Positions 62,782-64,000 of a stretch of DNA of 64,000 nucleotides are shown piece by piece. The notes beneath the pieces are model-generated. The model was not told where the DNA came from and did no database searches. It saw nothing but the letters and a program-made list of their open reading frames with translations. A program made the position numbers and the translations under genes. Numbering within the stretch: the first letter of the stretch is position 1; each line of letters begins with the position of its first letter. Source of the stretch: an uncultured Acidobacteriota bacterium (GTDB lineage: Bacteria; Acidobacteriota; Vicinamibacteria; Vicinamibacterales; CAVVIG01); contig CAVXGU010000004.1 of NCBI GenBank assembly GCA_963761615.1, forward strand, positions 543,537 to 607,536, written 5' to 3'.

Positions 62782-64000
62782 ATGGAAGGTTCGAAGCGAC
62801 CACGCTGGCGGGCCGTGCGGCGTGCCGGCCTCGTGTCGGCAGCTGCGCTGTGCATGGCCGCGCCAGCCCTGGCGGCGGGTGCGCCGCCGACCGTGACGTT
62901 CACCAAGGACGTCGCGCCGATCCTGCAGGCGAAGTGTCAGGACTGCCATCAGCCCGGCTCGATCGCGCCGATGTCGCTCATGACCTACGAGGAGACGCGC
63001 CCGTGGGTGCGTGACATCCGCGAGCGGGTCGCCAACCGCGAGATGCCGCCGTGGCACATCGACAAGTCGGTGGGCATCCAGAAGTTCAAGAACGACTTCT
63101 CGCTGAGCGACGAGCAGGTCGCGACGATCGTCAAGTGGGTGGACGAGGGCGCGCCGAAGGGTGACCCGGCCGACATGCCGCCGCCCAAGAAGATGCCGGA
63201 TCCGAACCAGTGGAAGGGCGTGCTCGACGGGCTCGGCCAGCCGGATCTCGTGATCACGTCGCCGATGTGGACGGAGCCGCCGGTGCACCAGGACGTCTGG
63301 TGGCGTCCGGAGCAGCCGATTCCGATCACCGAGCCGCGCTGGGTGCGGGCCGTCGAGATTCGACCCTCGACGATTCCGGGCCGCCGGATCATGCACCACA
63401 TCATCGCCCACCGCATCCTGAACGCGGACGAGGCCGACCAGGTCAACACCGGCACGGGGTCGCGCAACATCGCGCTGGTGGACACCCTGGTCAACTCGCG
63501 CCCGCAGTTGATGGAGTGGGCCATCGGCAAGAGCTACGACCTGTATCGCGCGGGCACCGGCAAGCGGATCGAGCCGGGCGAGAAGATCTCGTGGGAGATG
63601 CACATCCACGCCGTCGGCGAGCAGATTACCTCCGGCGCGCAGATCGCGATCTGGTTCTATCCGAAGGGCCAGGAGCCGACGAAGGAGACCTATCTCGTCG
63701 GATTCTCGGCGGTCGGCGACCACACCCAGGGCAGCTCGGGTCTCGACATCCGGCCGAACAGCATCTCGATGTCGGAAGGCTTCACCACGCTGCGGAAGAA
63801 CGCGATCCTCGAGAACTTCCAGCCGCACATGCACCTGCGCGGGAAGGCGATGGAAATCGAAGCCATCCTGCCGAACGGCAACCACCAGGTGATCAGCTTC
63901 GTGCGGAACTTCAACTTCAACTGGATGACGAACTACGTCTACGCCGACGATGCGGCGCCGGCGTTCCCGAAGGGGACGATCATCCACGTGATTGCCTGGT
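62782..64000 (+). CDS. Cytochrome c::PHM/DBH-like fusion, paralogue 2 (3' end beyond the window; not in the supplied ORF track)
   Basis: RBS AAGGAGG precedes ATG 62782. Hand translation gives MEGSKRPRWRAVRRAGLVSAAALCMAAPALAAGAPPTVTFTKDVAPILQAKCQDCHQPGSIAPMSLMTYEE... colinear with paralogue 1. Open to base 64000. Confidence 0.75.
   Translation, partial: MEGSKRPRWRAVRRAGLVSAAALCMAAPALAAGAPPTVTFTKDVAPILQAKCQDCHQPGSIAPMSLMTYEETRPWVRDIRERVANREMPPWHIDKSVGIQKFKNDFSLSDEQVATIVKWVDEGAPKGDPADMPPPKKMPDPNQWKGVLDGLGQPDLVITSPMWTEPPVHQDVWWRPEQPIPITEPRWVRAVEIRPSTIPGRRIMHHIIAHRILNADEADQVNTGTGSRNIALVDTLVNSRPQLMEWAIGKSYDLYRAGTGKRIEPGEKISWEMHIHAVGEQITSGAQIAIWFYPKGQEPTKETYLVGFSAVGDHTQGSSGLDIRPNSISMSEGFTTLRKNAILENFQPHMHLRGKAMEIEAILPNGNHQVISFVRNFNFNWMTNYVYADDAAPAFPKGTIIHVIAW

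Noticed and set aside
60728-63987. Minus-strand ORFs 60728..62680 (650 aa) and 62668..63987 (439 aa)
   Set aside because: They are antisense to the copper-cluster genes and have Arg/Gly/His/Asp-rich junk composition. The plus-strand genes have RBSs, signal peptides and terminators.
1-64000. Searched by eye for rRNA, tRNA cloverleaf candidates, integrase/transposase/phage genes and toxin-antitoxin pairs
   Set aside because: None was found. All sizeable intergenic regions are accounted for by repeats, hairpins or promoter-like sequence. tRNA absence is by inspection only and should be confirmed with tRNAscan-type software.

Overview
This is a GC-rich bacterial chromosomal segment with dense coding on both strands and many spurious antisense ORFs. 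I saw no rRNA, tRNA, CRISPR array, transposase or phage genes. The gene content suggests a soil Acidobacteriota-like organism, but that is inference only: TonB and a TonB-dependent receptor, PQQ, NHL and YncE beta-propellers, and a TAT-exported Mo-enzyme. Housekeeping genes include thrA, a cimA-like gene, dut, a gnd-zwf-pgl operon, arfB, pepN, a PPi-type phosphofructokinase, and M3 and M29 peptidases. Three larger modules stand out. (1) 12.3-20.9 kb holds a TAT-exported FeS::Moco fusion oxidoreductase plus its FAD subunit, divergent from two tandem PQQ dehydrogenase paralogues. (2) 47.0-57.7 kb holds a complete membrane-bound group-1 [NiFe] uptake hydrogenase locus, hupS-hupL-cytb-hupD-cytc-hypABF-(repeats)-hypCDE, with an atypical small-subunit FeS motif. 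(3) 59.1-64.0 kb is the most novel-looking part. It is a secreted copper-protein cluster: two cytochrome c::PHM/DBH-like monooxygenase fusions flank an orphan secreted protein and a histidine-brace (LPMO-like) protein. The non-coding layer is also unusual. It contains three copies of a ~100-118 bp MITE-like element with twin hairpins, a 2x101 bp tandem repeat inside the hyp operon, and heptamer (GAGAGCC/CAGAGCC) and nonamer microsatellites next to gene ends and starts. Five reading-frame breaks were found by hand. Three of them lie in one putative metal-uptake operon at 30.4-34.4 kb. All calls rest on manual translation, motif recognition and hand alignment; no database search was run.
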